Source of the DNA: an uncultured bacterium
GTDB lineage: Bacteria > Babelota > Babeliae > Babelales > Vermiphilaceae
Length of the DNA stretch: 64,000 nt
Assembly (NCBI GenBank): GCA_963707655.1
Contig: OY970172.1
Coordinates: 896,001 to 960,000, forward strand
Direction of reading: 5' to 3'
The notes beneath the pieces are model-generated. The model was given only the letters and a program-made list of their open reading frames with translations. It searched no databases and was not told the DNA's origin. Position numbers and translations under genes: made by a program. This document shows positions 1-9,233 of this stretch, piece after piece; within the stretch, counting starts at the first letter, position 1; the number at the start of each line of letters is the position of its first letter.

Positions 1-239
1 AATGTTTTGATTGCATCAACAACTACTCCCGGTGTTTCTGATTCGAAACGAGCCAAGAAATAAATGCCGTAATCATTTTTGTTAACAGGATACGCGAGAC
101 GGTATTTGCCCCATTTTTCAAAGGAAATCATGTTTCCTTTGTTTTCCTTAACGGTGCGTTCAAACTGAGATTCTATATTTTTGATCTCATCTTGCGTGAC
201 CGTAGGAATGGCAAGCATTAATACTTCATAGGTAATCAT
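1..239 (-). CDS. rpsF: 30S ribosomal protein S6 (runs off the window edge)
   Basis: Manual translation from ATG at 239: MITYEVLMLAIPTVTQDEIKNIESQFERTVKENKGNMISFEKWGKYRLAYPVNKNDYGIYFL, which contains the S6 YE...WGxxxLAYP motif. Not in the ORF track. Confidence 0.95.
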   Translation of the reverse strand, partial: MITYEVLMLAIPTVTQDEIKNIESQFERTVKENKGNMISFEKWGKYRLAYPVNKNDYGIYFLARFESETPGVVVDAIKT

Positions 240-343
240 AGAGTAAACCTTTGGTTTGTACTAAATGGAAATGTTTTTCAACACTAGAGAACGTAAAGTG
301 CCGCCCTCTTTAGCACAGAGTCACCTTGAACGATGATCTCTCA

Positions 344-391
344 AATAAAAAATGTACCAGAAAACCAATAAAATACTAGTTTTCTGGTACA
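344..391 (-). terminator. Intrinsic terminator downstream of the XRE regulator
   Basis: 13-bp inverted repeat TGTACCAGAAAAC (353-365) / GTTTTCTGGTACA (379-391), followed by a T-run on the minus strand. Confidence 0.65.
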
Positions 392-419
392 AAATATTTT
401 AAGAAAATCTCTGTTTGAA

Positions 420-1097
420 TTACAGAAGATTTTGTTGGCGTTGGATTACGCGACCAATAATTCTAAAATGATCTTTGCCGCGAACCAATGCTATAGGTGG
501 ATTTTTGTGATTTACTGATTCCAAAACGATAAAGTCTTCGGTATAAGTTACCTGCATGATCGCCTTGGTTGCTGCATCATTGCCGTATTCGACAGCAGCG
601 ATATCGCCGGAGCGGGTCCAAATTTCAGGTGATATTATCAAATAGTCACCCTTGATAAACGCAGGAGCCATTAAATTGTTTTCCACACACAGGGCAAACA
701 TTGCCGAATCATTATTGTTAAGCACGGGAATAAACATATCTTTAAATCCGGTGGTAACTTGCATGAGCTGGTTATTGTACGGGGATGGGTTCGAAGGAAC
801 TTCACCAACTACCGGCACTATTTGAACGCGCAATTCAACATCTGATTTTTCAGGCAAACTAACGTTGCTGTCGATATTGTCTGTTCTCTTGCGGCGTTGT
901 GCAAAAAGATCTATAGGGCTGATTTCAAATGCATTTGCTAATTTTCTCAAAGAATCTTCGTTCCAACGACGAGTTCCGTTTTTGATGTGGGTAAGGTAAC
1001 TTTCCGACATTCCGGTCTTTTCAGCCAGAATTTTGGTTGTCCAGCCTTTTTCTCTGAGTAATTCTTTTACTCTTAGTTCAGTCGAACGTGATGACAT
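420..1097 (-). CDS. XRE/Cro-CI HTH regulator with C-terminal S24/LexA-like domain
   Basis: N-terminal HTH (LAEKTGMSESYLTHIKNG). C-terminal FALCVE...GDYLII...GDIAAV...LESVN...IIGRV follows the S24 pattern. Confidence 0.85.
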   Translation of the reverse strand: MSSRSTELRVKELLREKGWTTKILAEKTGMSESYLTHIKNGTRRWNEDSLRKLANAFEISPIDLFAQRRKRTDNIDSNVSLPEKSDVELRVQIVPVVGEVPSNPSPYNNQLMQVTTGFKDMFIPVLNNNDSAMFALCVENNLMAPAFIKGDYLIISPEIWTRSGDIAAVEYGNDAATKAIMQVTYTEDFIVLESVNHKNPPIALVRGKDHFRIIGRVIQRQQNLL

Positions 1098-1211
1098 TGT
1101 AAACTCCTACTGATTATTATATACTACCACTTTGGGGTTAAACTTATATGGTTACAACACTGCCTTATTTCTAATTGTACTCACAAACATAAACATGTCA
1201 AATGGAAATGA

Positions 1212-1916
1212 TTGACAATGAGCAAATTAAGCCGCTTCACAAATCTGACCGAGCGCTTCAATAAGAATTATTTCGAAAAAGCCTCCTGGGAACAAAAACA
1301 GGTGGTTTGTGGCATTGATGAAGTGGGTAGAGGCTGTCTCGCGGGCCCTCTGGTTACCGCTGCCGTTATCTTACCTGAGGGTAAAACCCACCGCCTACTC
1401 AAAGATTCAAAAGTGATGACTCTGCAAGAACGGCTCGATGCCTATAAATGGATCACTAAAAACTGTTATTATGGTTACGGCATAGTAAACCACCGAGTCA
1501 TTGACTCTCATAACATATGGCACGCCACCTTGATCGCCATGAAAAAAGCATTAATGCACACATTGGCCACCTCGCCGCGCCTGCCACAGGTCGTTTTGGT
1601 TGATGCGATGCCGCTGAGTCTCTTCGATACCGGATACAAAGAAATACCGGTACACTATTTCCCCTTCGGCGAAAGCAAATCAAGCTCAATAGCCGCCGCC
1701 TCTATTATTGCCAAGGTTAAGCGAGACATGCTTATGGGCAAGATGGATGCCCTTTTTCCCGGCTACAACTTAAAAGAACACAAGGGATACAGCACGCCCG
1801 GGCACAAAAAAATCCTTTTTGACACGGCCCATTCCCTCATTCATAGACAAACTTTTGTTAAGCGTTTAAATGCAGGAGCCGCAGAAGATGATAACGAACA
1901 GCAAACCATTTTCTGA
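1212..1916 (+). CDS. rnhB: Ribonuclease HII
   Basis: GIDEVGRGCLAGP, DSK, SIAAASIIAKVKRD and KGY motifs. The start may be the ATG at 1218. Confidence 0.97.
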   Translation: MTMSKLSRFTNLTERFNKNYFEKASWEQKQVVCGIDEVGRGCLAGPLVTAAVILPEGKTHRLLKDSKVMTLQERLDAYKWITKNCYYGYGIVNHRVIDSHNIWHATLIAMKKALMHTLATSPRLPQVVLVDAMPLSLFDTGYKEIPVHYFPFGESKSSSIAAASIIAKVKRDMLMGKMDALFPGYNLKEHKGYSTPGHKKILFDTAHSLIHRQTFVKRLNAGAAEDDNEQQTIF

Positions 1917-2487
1917 GGTTATAGAGAGTTCTCTTTCAAGCTGGCTCGTGCAAAGCTGGCGTTGGGACATTCTGCCTTCTTTTGGCTCACTGGTAAAAGT
2001 GCAAACCCCCACAAGACAACTTTTTGGCATTGTTCATCAAATACAGACCGGCTCAATGGATCCGGTGCGCTATCCCTTTCCTTATCAAAAGTCACACGAA
2101 GAGTTATTGCGCGAACAGCCACAAATCTTTGAATTTTTAAAAACAACCTTTTCTTGCATTCCCCTTGGCTATCAGGACAAAGGCAGCATTATTCATTTAA
2201 TAGCGCCAGAGCCACCCACTATTCATTCTTTTGTGAGCATTATGGATGTTGAGCTGAGCAAACAATTTTTTTATCACGATAAATACCTGCACCTGCTCTT
2301 TAGCTTGAGCAATCAGATAGCCTATCTTGACGAGTTGCTTCTGGTATTACTCAAACAGCAAGCCGCGCTTGATATTTTGGGAGAAGAGAAAATGAATCGT
2401 TTTATGCAAACTTATTCGCTCCTTATAGGCAACGATTACCGACGACTCAAGCTTTTTTTACAGCGCGCGCAAAACATTATAGAATAA
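1888..2487 (+). CDS. HAS-barrel-like protein
   Basis: PSFGSLVKV...GIVHQIQTGSMDP...EELLREQPQIFEFLKT...PPTIHSFV resembles stand-alone HAS-barrel proteins (from recall). AGGAG precedes the ATG at 1888. Confidence 0.6.
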   Translation: MITNSKPFSEVIESSLSSWLVQSWRWDILPSFGSLVKVQTPTRQLFGIVHQIQTGSMDPVRYPFPYQKSHEELLREQPQIFEFLKTTFSCIPLGYQDKGSIIHLIAPEPPTIHSFVSIMDVELSKQFFYHDKYLHLLFSLSNQIAYLDELLLVLLKQQAALDILGEEKMNRFMQTYSLLIGNDYRRLKLFLQRAQNIIE

Positions 2488-2520
2488 GAAAAAAACCTTT
2501 TTTCAAACGCAGCCATCTTC

Positions 2521-3405
2521 ATGTTCAATTTCATAAAAAATCAATTCAAAAAAATATATCAACAAGTCACCTCAAAACTTGGTGAACTGTTCTCACGCAA
2601 AACGCTTGATGACAATACCCTTAAAGATCTTGAGTTGCTCCTTATTAATGCTGATACCGGCGTGAAAACAACGCGCAGCATTATCCAAGCACTCAAAGCG
2701 CAATATGCACGGGGAGCCATTACCGCAGGAGACGAGTTAAAAAAAGCACTTGAACAGGAATTGCTCTCTCTTTTAATAGCTCCTACACAAACAGAAGCAG
2801 CCGTCTATTTACTCGTCGGCATAAATGGGAGCGGCAAAACAACGTTTGCCGGCAAATTGGCAAATCACTTCATTGCACAAAAAAAGCGCGTGCTGTTTGT
2901 AGCGGGCGACACTTTTCGCGCTGCGGCAACACAACAACTGGCCGCGTGGGCAGAGCGTATCGGCGCTGACATTGTGATTGGCAAAGACAATCAAGATCCT
3001 GCCAGCGTCGTATTTGCCGGATGCCAAAAATTCAAAGATGAAGGATACGATATTCTTATTATCGATACCGCCGGCCGTTTGCAAACAAAAGCAAACCTTA
3101 TGCATGAGCTAGAAAAAATCAGACGCACAATCAATAAACAATTGCCCGAAAAAACAGTTTCGTGTCTGCTCACCATCGATGCAATGCTCGGTCAAAATTC
3201 ATTTGAGCAAGCGAAGCTCTTTAATGAAAGCACCAAGCTCGACGGTATTGTTTTAACAAAGATGGACGGAACAGGAAAAGGGGGCATTGTTTTTGCTATC
3301 AGCCAAGAATTAAAAATTCCTATCTCTTACGTCTCTTTTGGCGAATCAATCGAACTGTTCAAGGTATTTGATCCGCAAGAATATGTGCATGACTTGTTAG
3401 ATTAA
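2521..3405 (+). CDS. ftsY: SRP receptor FtsY (NG domain only)
   Basis: GINGSGKTT, DTFRAAA, DTAGR and TKMDGTGKGG motifs. Confidence 0.97.
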   Translation: MFNFIKNQFKKIYQQVTSKLGELFSRKTLDDNTLKDLELLLINADTGVKTTRSIIQALKAQYARGAITAGDELKKALEQELLSLLIAPTQTEAAVYLLVGINGSGKTTFAGKLANHFIAQKKRVLFVAGDTFRAAATQQLAAWAERIGADIVIGKDNQDPASVVFAGCQKFKDEGYDILIIDTAGRLQTKANLMHELEKIRRTINKQLPEKTVSCLLTIDAMLGQNSFEQAKLFNESTKLDGIVLTKMDGTGKGGIVFAISQELKIPISYVSFGESIELFKVFDPQEYVHDLLD

Positions 3406-3524
3406 CGCGAATACATCGCTCTGGTGACTGTGTCCAAATCCTTGCCATTTTGTGGGCAATATGTTATTTCTAGCCCAATGAAAAAGATGGAATTGAAACA
3501 GACTTTTTTGCAGCGAAATAACAT

Positions 3525-4430
3525 ATGATCCCTTCAACTGCCACCATTTTTAACCTTATCGAGCAAATCGCTCAACAACTCGCCCCCCGCTATGAAGATT
3601 ATATGCTGTGCCATCAATACGCCTGGTGGATGGTGCAAGCAATAAAAAACGAATCACAGGCAGCTCTCATTGGCCATAACACTATTACTCTTACCCACGA
3701 ACAAATCAACACTTTATCTGTGTGGATAGAAAAACAAGTCAAAGAGCATATGCCATTGCAATATTTGCTGCAGTCCGTGCCCTTTAATGATGTTGATATT
3801 CTTGTAGAGCCACCCATTCTTATTCCCCGCCCTGAGACAGAAGAATGGTGCACGGCCCTTATTGATCAATTAAAAAGCGCAAAAATAGAAAAATTAAACA
3901 TTCTCGATTTGTGCTCGGGCAGTGGCTGCATAGCGCTTGCGCTGGCCAAAGCATTGCCGCACTCTTCATTCATTGCTGTTGATATCTCGCAACAAGCCGT
4001 TGCATTGGGCCGCAAAAATGCTCAGCATAATAAAATAAACAATGTGCAGTTCTTGCAATCAGATCTCTTTGAACAGGTTCCCTTGAACACTTTTGATATT
4101 ATTGTTTCAAACCCTCCTTATATTGATGAACAAGAATGGGCTTATTTAGATGCATCGGTAACCAAATGGGAAGACAAAAATGCATTAATAGCCCCTGATA
4201 GTGGCCTGGCTATAATAAAAAAAATTATCAGCGGCGCTCATGGGCGCTTATCACATAACAGGCAACTGTCTCAACACGGCATTGCGCAATTATGGATCGA
4301 AATTGATCACACTCAAGGCGCACCGGTAAAAGAGCTCATGGAAAATGCAGGTTTTATTAATGTACAAGTAATGAAAGATTTAGAAAATAAAGATAGGGTA
4401 GTGGCGGGAAACATGCCAAACACCTTATAG
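3525..4430 (+). CDS. prmC: Release factor glutamine methyltransferase
   Basis: LIPRPETE, DLCSGSGCIA and NPPY motifs. Confidence 0.95.
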   Translation: MIPSTATIFNLIEQIAQQLAPRYEDYMLCHQYAWWMVQAIKNESQAALIGHNTITLTHEQINTLSVWIEKQVKEHMPLQYLLQSVPFNDVDILVEPPILIPRPETEEWCTALIDQLKSAKIEKLNILDLCSGSGCIALALAKALPHSSFIAVDISQQAVALGRKNAQHNKINNVQFLQSDLFEQVPLNTFDIIVSNPPYIDEQEWAYLDASVTKWEDKNALIAPDSGLAIIKKIISGAHGRLSHNRQLSQHGIAQLWIEIDHTQGAPVKELMENAGFINVQVMKDLENKDRVVAGNMPNTL

Positions 4431-4458
4431 CGCCAAAATCATAGAGAAAAGGGTAATT

Positions 4459-5049
4459 TTGAATACATATTATGCAGTAGTAATTCTAACCAGCTTTCTA
4501 ATTGCTCGTGCAGCAGAAGAGGGTGGAGTGATGATTAAATCAAATGAACTGCAAAATGCACTAAAACATAAAATTAGTTCGGGGAACCCAGAAGACTTTC
4601 AAGAAATTTTTGGGTTATTATACGAATCAACTCAAGAAAGCTTAGCCCCTGCTTTATTAAAATACTCACAAGATGTGAAAAATTATACCCAAGAAGAATT
4701 AAAAGAAATACGCTGTTTTACCACTCAACGCCCAGCGCTTTTTGTGTCTGATGCAGCTGGATTAGGCGGCATTGTGACCGCTACTGCAAGCTTTGCTGCG
4801 GCATTCGCGACCGGCAGCCAAGCCGCTGGCTGGATTGCTCTGGGGTCGCTTTTTGTTGGTGCAGCGGGAATTGCAGCGCGTCCTTACATGACTCCTCATT
4901 CTCAACGTTATAAAGGCATTGCTAATGCGCAGACAGAGATCCAAGAAACTATCAACGGCACTCCCCTGATTGCCGATGTAGAGTTAGAAAGGTTGGAGTT
5001 CCTGCCGCCACAAGAATCAGAAGAACCCTCAATGGATGATTATGTATAA
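4459..5049 (+). CDS. Exported hydrophobic-hairpin protein, paralog 1
   Basis: Signal peptide, Gly/Ala-rich double hydrophobic segment, AQTEIQ motif shared with neighbours. Confidence 0.8.
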   Translation: MNTYYAVVILTSFLIARAAEEGGVMIKSNELQNALKHKISSGNPEDFQEIFGLLYESTQESLAPALLKYSQDVKNYTQEELKEIRCFTTQRPALFVSDAAGLGGIVTATASFAAAFATGSQAAGWIALGSLFVGAAGIAARPYMTPHSQRYKGIANAQTEIQETINGTPLIADVELERLEFLPPQESEEPSMDDYV

Positions 5050-5641
5050 AAAAGGATACGCAATAAACAAACAATTTTTAACAATACTCATGCTGACCAG
5101 CATTATTTCCGCACAAGCAATGGATCTTGAGCGAGGGGGCCGCCATCAGGCTATCGAAAATCAAGATAACCCCTCTCTTCGTAGCCACCTACAAAGAGCA
5201 ATGTACGATAGCCGGGCGCAAGACTTTGAAGATATGGTAAAATTTGCTGATAAACCGACGCTAATGGCGGCTTTGCCAGGTTTGAAAGAGCGCTCTCAAG
5301 GTTATAAAAAATGCCTGAAGTCGGGGACTGATAAGGGAAACAAATATTTAACTGCTAGCATCACCACAGGCGGCGTCTCAGGGCTTACCCTAATGCTGGG
5401 AAGTGTTTTTATTGTCGGAGCAGATCCTATTGCTATTACTGCTCTGCTTACCGCATCGGCCCTAGCAACGCTCGGTAGCGCTGGCGCCAGTTCCCTGCTG
5501 TATCTGCATAGCACAAAATCACACGCTCAGATCGAGGCTCAGAAAACAATACAAAAGTGCATAGCCAGTGCTGAAGCTGCAAATGCTCTTAGCCACGGAG
5601 AGCCGTATAGCCATGACAGTGAATCTGGCAACCAAAATTAA
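5036..5641 (+). CDS. Exported hydrophobic-hairpin protein, paralog 2 (start uncertain)
   Basis: NKQFLTIL signal peptide, AMDLE, hydrophobic hairpin, AQKTIQKCI. Confidence 0.8.
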   Translation: MIMYKKGYAINKQFLTILMLTSIISAQAMDLERGGRHQAIENQDNPSLRSHLQRAMYDSRAQDFEDMVKFADKPTLMAALPGLKERSQGYKKCLKSGTDKGNKYLTASITTGGVSGLTLMLGSVFIVGADPIAITALLTASALATLGSAGASSLLYLHSTKSHAQIEAQKTIQKCIASAEAANALSHGEPYSHDSESGNQN

Positions 5642-5672
5642 TTTATAGTAAAAAAAGAAAGAGGTATAAAAA

Positions 5673-6200
5673 ATGAACAAACAATTTTTAACAATACTCG
5701 TGTTGAGCTGCGTTGTTTCCATGCAACCCATGGAGCCCGCCGAAGATATTGAGAATGGTTTTAACCCATCTTTAATTGTGTTTAAAGCATCAATTGACAA
5801 TAATACATCAAGTGCTTTCAATGACCTGGTAATTGTTGCCGATAAATCAGAACTAAGAAAACTCGCACCGATGTTAAAAACCTATTCAAAAGATCGGCAA
5901 ATCGTCTTAAACGATAAGATAAAATTCAGTGAACGCATGGGACACGCATTAGGGGTTACTGGCGTACTCGGTGGCATCGGCACTTCAGCGCTTCTACTTT
6001 CCGACGCGAGCAGCACTCTTGCGGGCATTATCGCAGGAATTTCGGCCACCGCATTCGCTGCTGGCCTAGGCGGGGTTTGGTTAAATGCGATGCGGTATTC
6101 GCACTTGCATCATGAGCATGCTGCACAAACGGAAATTCAAGGCTTGCTGCTAGAAGCTGAATCTGAAACCCCAAAAAAGACAGGACTTAAAAATGAATAA
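5673..6200 (+). CDS. Exported hydrophobic-hairpin protein, paralog 3
   Basis: MNKQFLTIL signal peptide, ADKSEL, hydrophobic hairpin, AQTEIQ. Confidence 0.8.
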   Translation: MNKQFLTILVLSCVVSMQPMEPAEDIENGFNPSLIVFKASIDNNTSSAFNDLVIVADKSELRKLAPMLKTYSKDRQIVLNDKIKFSERMGHALGVTGVLGGIGTSALLLSDASSTLAGIIAGISATAFAAGLGGVWLNAMRYSHLHHEHAAQTEIQGLLLEAESETPKKTGLKNE

Positions 6201-6723
6201 ACAGCTTTTAATAGCGCTTATGGTCAGCAGTATTGTTTCTATGCATGCTATGGATCTTGAGCAAGGCAACACGCCTAAACCTCAATTTAATCCACTTTTC
6301 AAACGAGCAATCGATGATAATAAACCACAAGATTTTCAGAGTTTGATTGATCTTGCCGATAAAGCAAAATTAAAGCCGCATTTATCAACTCTAAAACAGT
6401 ATTCCCAAGAACATCAAGCACAGCTTGGCGGTATCGGAACAATGGTAATTGTCTGTAACGTTGTTGGCGGCATCGGAACAATCGGAGCAGTGGCAGGAGT
6501 CACTGCTGCAGCAGCAAGCGGCTTTACAAGCATCGAAACTATGACTTATCTTGGGACGGGGCTTGGTCTAGGCATTTTTGGCACATTATCTTGTCTCACA
6601 GCCACTATTATTGGTGGAAAGCGGCGCGCTAAAGCAAACGCTCAACAGGAGATACAGCAGTGCATAGCCGCTGCTGAAGCAGTAAGTGAAACCACAGATA
6701 CCGCTGGAAATGAACAGATATGA
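6193..6723 (+). CDS. Exported hydrophobic-hairpin protein, paralog 4
   Basis: MNKQLLI signal peptide, AMDLE, ADKAKL, hydrophobic hairpin, AQQEIQQCI. Confidence 0.8.
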   Translation: MNKQLLIALMVSSIVSMHAMDLEQGNTPKPQFNPLFKRAIDDNKPQDFQSLIDLADKAKLKPHLSTLKQYSQEHQAQLGGIGTMVIVCNVVGGIGTIGAVAGVTAAAASGFTSIETMTYLGTGLGLGIFGTLSCLTATIIGGKRRAKANAQQEIQQCIAAAEAVSETTDTAGNEQI

Positions 6724-7325
6724 AAAAAATATTATTAATTACTCTGGCAGCAAGCTGCTTTGTTTGCGTACACGCAATGGATACGACAGATAATAGTGAT
6801 GGACAGTTACTATCAATACGATATCGCTTTCATGCCCCAACCAGAAGTGTTGGTGTCGATCAAATAAAAGAAGCGTTCACCAATGCTGTGCAGGATGCGG
6901 AAGGGGACATATTGCAACTTATGTTCGAACACAAAGATTTCCCCACAGATACTACATCGAGCGACTTGTTGACCCATTTACAAAACACCTCACTCTCGTG
7001 TGAAGAAGCGGAGCACGTTGAAACTGCGAGGCGGAGAAAGTGTTGTTCGACATCAAAATTAATCACATATGGTTCGTGGCTTTTCAGTGCTGGAGCAACT
7101 ACTGCCGGCATAGTGGTAAGTGTTGCGACGCCACATTCAACAGAAGCAATTTGGAGCTCAACGGTCGCCACATTGCTTTCGCTGGGCGTAGGTTTTTTGT
7201 CACACATCCGCAATCAACGCGCCCTGGCTAAAAGTGCCAAGAAAATTGCCACACAACAAAAAATACAAGAATATTTGCAGCAACAACCGATAAATCCCGG
7301 TCCCAGTGCAGATAATGTAGTATAA
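6720..7325 (+). CDS. Exported hydrophobic-hairpin protein, divergent paralog 5
   Basis: Signal peptide plus AMD, two adjacent TM segments, TQQKIQ. Confidence 0.75.
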   Translation: MKKILLITLAASCFVCVHAMDTTDNSDGQLLSIRYRFHAPTRSVGVDQIKEAFTNAVQDAEGDILQLMFEHKDFPTDTTSSDLLTHLQNTSLSCEEAEHVETARRRKCCSTSKLITYGSWLFSAGATTAGIVVSVATPHSTEAIWSSTVATLLSLGVGFLSHIRNQRALAKSAKKIATQQKIQEYLQQQPINPGPSADNVV

Positions 7326-7344
7326 AATAAGGAGATGACACAAC

Positions 7345-8046
7345 ATGTGGCCGCTGCCAAAAATAAGCGATGAATTGGTAACTATTATTATTGATTCGTC
7401 GCATCTTTCATTGGGTGTTATAAACATCGCTTCTGTTTCAAGCGCTCCTTTTGACTTGCGTGCCTATCGCACAATACCCATTAAAGACAGCATCTATAAA
7501 ACAATGATCTATAACTCTTCTTTTTTAGAGCAGCAGATACAGTCGTTTATCGTCACTTATCGACTTGAGAATGCTTTTTTTTCATTATGTATTGCTGATA
7601 ATCACATAGAGGAGCGGCTGGTTAAACTCAAAAAGTCTTCGCCGACAACTACAGACTTTGCTCATCTTGGGCTGCACAAGCTTGTTTGGGATTATTCTTA
7701 TCTGTACGCCCACGAACAGGGAGAGTTTGTATTTGCCGTTTCAGGAATAAAGCGTGAGCTTCTTTTCCAATATCAGCTTCTGGCGCTCTCACTTGGTATT
7801 AATTTAATTACCCTTACCACCCCGTTTAATCCTCTTGTTGCACTGTATCGCTATATGCAGGGGGCGGCTTTTCGTCAGGCAAAATTGGCAAACGATATGC
7901 AGGCGCATCAATATCGCTTGGAAAATTATTTTACTCCGGCTATGTATAGCAGAATTATTCGCGCCAGCCAGCCGGTTGATCAAGGAGTATTGCGTAGTAT
8001 GGTTGGCTTGTATTGCCTGGAAAAAGGAAACAATGAAAAAAATTAA
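7345..8046 (+). CDS. Probable degenerate PilM-like assembly protein
   Basis: SD AAGGAG. Overlaps the start of an INLLP-containing gene, and the strand/helix pattern is compatible with an actin-like fold. Mainly a context call. Confidence 0.45.
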   Translation: MWPLPKISDELVTIIIDSSHLSLGVINIASVSSAPFDLRAYRTIPIKDSIYKTMIYNSSFLEQQIQSFIVTYRLENAFFSLCIADNHIEERLVKLKKSSPTTTDFAHLGLHKLVWDYSYLYAHEQGEFVFAVSGIKRELLFQYQLLALSLGINLITLTTPFNPLVALYRYMQGAAFRQAKLANDMQAHQYRLENYFTPAMYSRIIRASQPVDQGVLRSMVGLYCLEKGNNEKN

Positions 8047-8554
8047 TCTGTTGCCTACACTTTCAATAGTACAACAAAAAGAGATTACGCGGTGGCACAA
8101 TGGCACAATGTTACTAATAATGCTCGCCTTCATCGTTTTAAGCGCCTTGTCAATGATGGGCTTACTTCAGCTCTATGCTCTTAAAAGAGAGTGCGCCATG
8201 CTCCAAAAAAGGATACTACCGCATGCCTCTTCTTTCGCTAAACAGCAGGCCATGCAGGGCGAGATTGAATTACTGAATCAGCGGGTGGTCGAATTTAAAA
8301 AAATTTCTCAACCAACTGCATCTTTTACTCAAGCGGCATGTGCTTTGCTGCACGGCTCTACCAAAATTAAGTCTCTAACTTTTAACAACAAAAACTTAGA
8401 GTTTTCTTTCTGTTGCGCAAACATTGCAAAGGCAGAAAAGAAGCTGCTTGAACTACGATCCCTCGCTCTGTTCTCTGAGCTTGTCCCCTCTTCCGCCTGC
8501 TACAACAAACACGGCGAAGCAATTATTGTGGTTAATAGTATAATTAACTCCTGA
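8033..8554 (+). CDS. PilN-like protein
   Basis: Likely start MKKINLLP (the PilN hallmark INLLP) after SD AAGGA, then one TM helix, a coiled coil and a small periplasmic domain. Confidence 0.65.
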   Translation: MKKINLLPTLSIVQQKEITRWHNGTMLLIMLAFIVLSALSMMGLLQLYALKRECAMLQKRILPHASSFAKQQAMQGEIELLNQRVVEFKKISQPTASFTQAACALLHGSTKIKSLTFNNKNLEFSFCCANIAKAEKKLLELRSLALFSELVPSSACYNKHGEAIIVVNSIINS

Positions 8555-8631
8555 CAATTTTTATTTTTATTGATATTCTACAACATAGCTAATCCCTTTG
8601 ATAAACAATGCAGAATACATACAGGAAGACG

Positions 8632-9222
8632 ATGAAATTATTGCTCATTTTCACTCTTGCTCCCTATTTTTTACTTGCTATGGACTCACCGCCGCCCACA
8701 TTTGATATTGCGCAATTTCTTCCAGATGAACGGCCGGTAACAAAACGCGCTGGCGATTGTACTCATCAAACCCCATCAACACAGCTTCTCTTAGATATGG
8801 CCGCAACAGACACCGTTGTTAAATATCAGACCGGCTCACCGCTGGCGCCAAGAACCTTTGACACATTGCCCTCTGTAGCAATAATCAAAAAAAATATAAA
8901 TGACTGGATGAATGATGAACGATTTCGTGCGCAATTGCCTGAAATCGTGGCCCAAGGCAAGCGACAACTGGGTGGCGGCACTGCCTGCTACAGATTCAGA
9001 GATGAGTGCGAAGACTGCGTATCCCTGACAGGAATTGCATTGACAAGCGGTCTCAGCTGCTTCATTTACTACTGCACTGGATCTTTGGGACTTGGCGAGA
9101 CTTTTTGCCTAGCCTCTTCCAGCGGTATATGTTATTGCCACGATAGAAGAAGTAAAAAACGCAATGACATTAGAAAAAAGTTAAACATTTTGATAGCCAC
9201 ACAGCAAGCCCGCGAGGTATAA
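8632..9222 (+). CDS. Exported hypothetical protein with Cys-rich hydrophobic hairpin
   Basis: MKLLLIFTLAPYFLLA|MD, then a C-terminal hydrophobic Cys/Gly segment and a basic tail. Confidence 0.7.
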   Translation: MKLLLIFTLAPYFLLAMDSPPPTFDIAQFLPDERPVTKRAGDCTHQTPSTQLLLDMAATDTVVKYQTGSPLAPRTFDTLPSVAIIKKNINDWMNDERFRAQLPEIVAQGKRQLGGGTACYRFRDECEDCVSLTGIALTSGLSCFIYYCTGSLGLGETFCLASSSGICYCHDRRSKKRNDIRKKLNILIATQQAREV

Positions 9223-9233
9223 AGCTCTCTCTC

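Noticed and set aside
240..345. S6:S18 ribosomal leader RNA
   Set aside because: The position is suitable, but I could not identify the conserved motif by eye. An Infernal search is needed.
420..1097. Prophage repressor marking a prophage
   Set aside because: No integrase or phage structural genes nearby, and the flanks are core genes
7835..8032. Long 5' extension of the PilN-like ORF
   Set aside because: It overlaps the upstream gene, and the INLLP motif and SD point to ATG 8033
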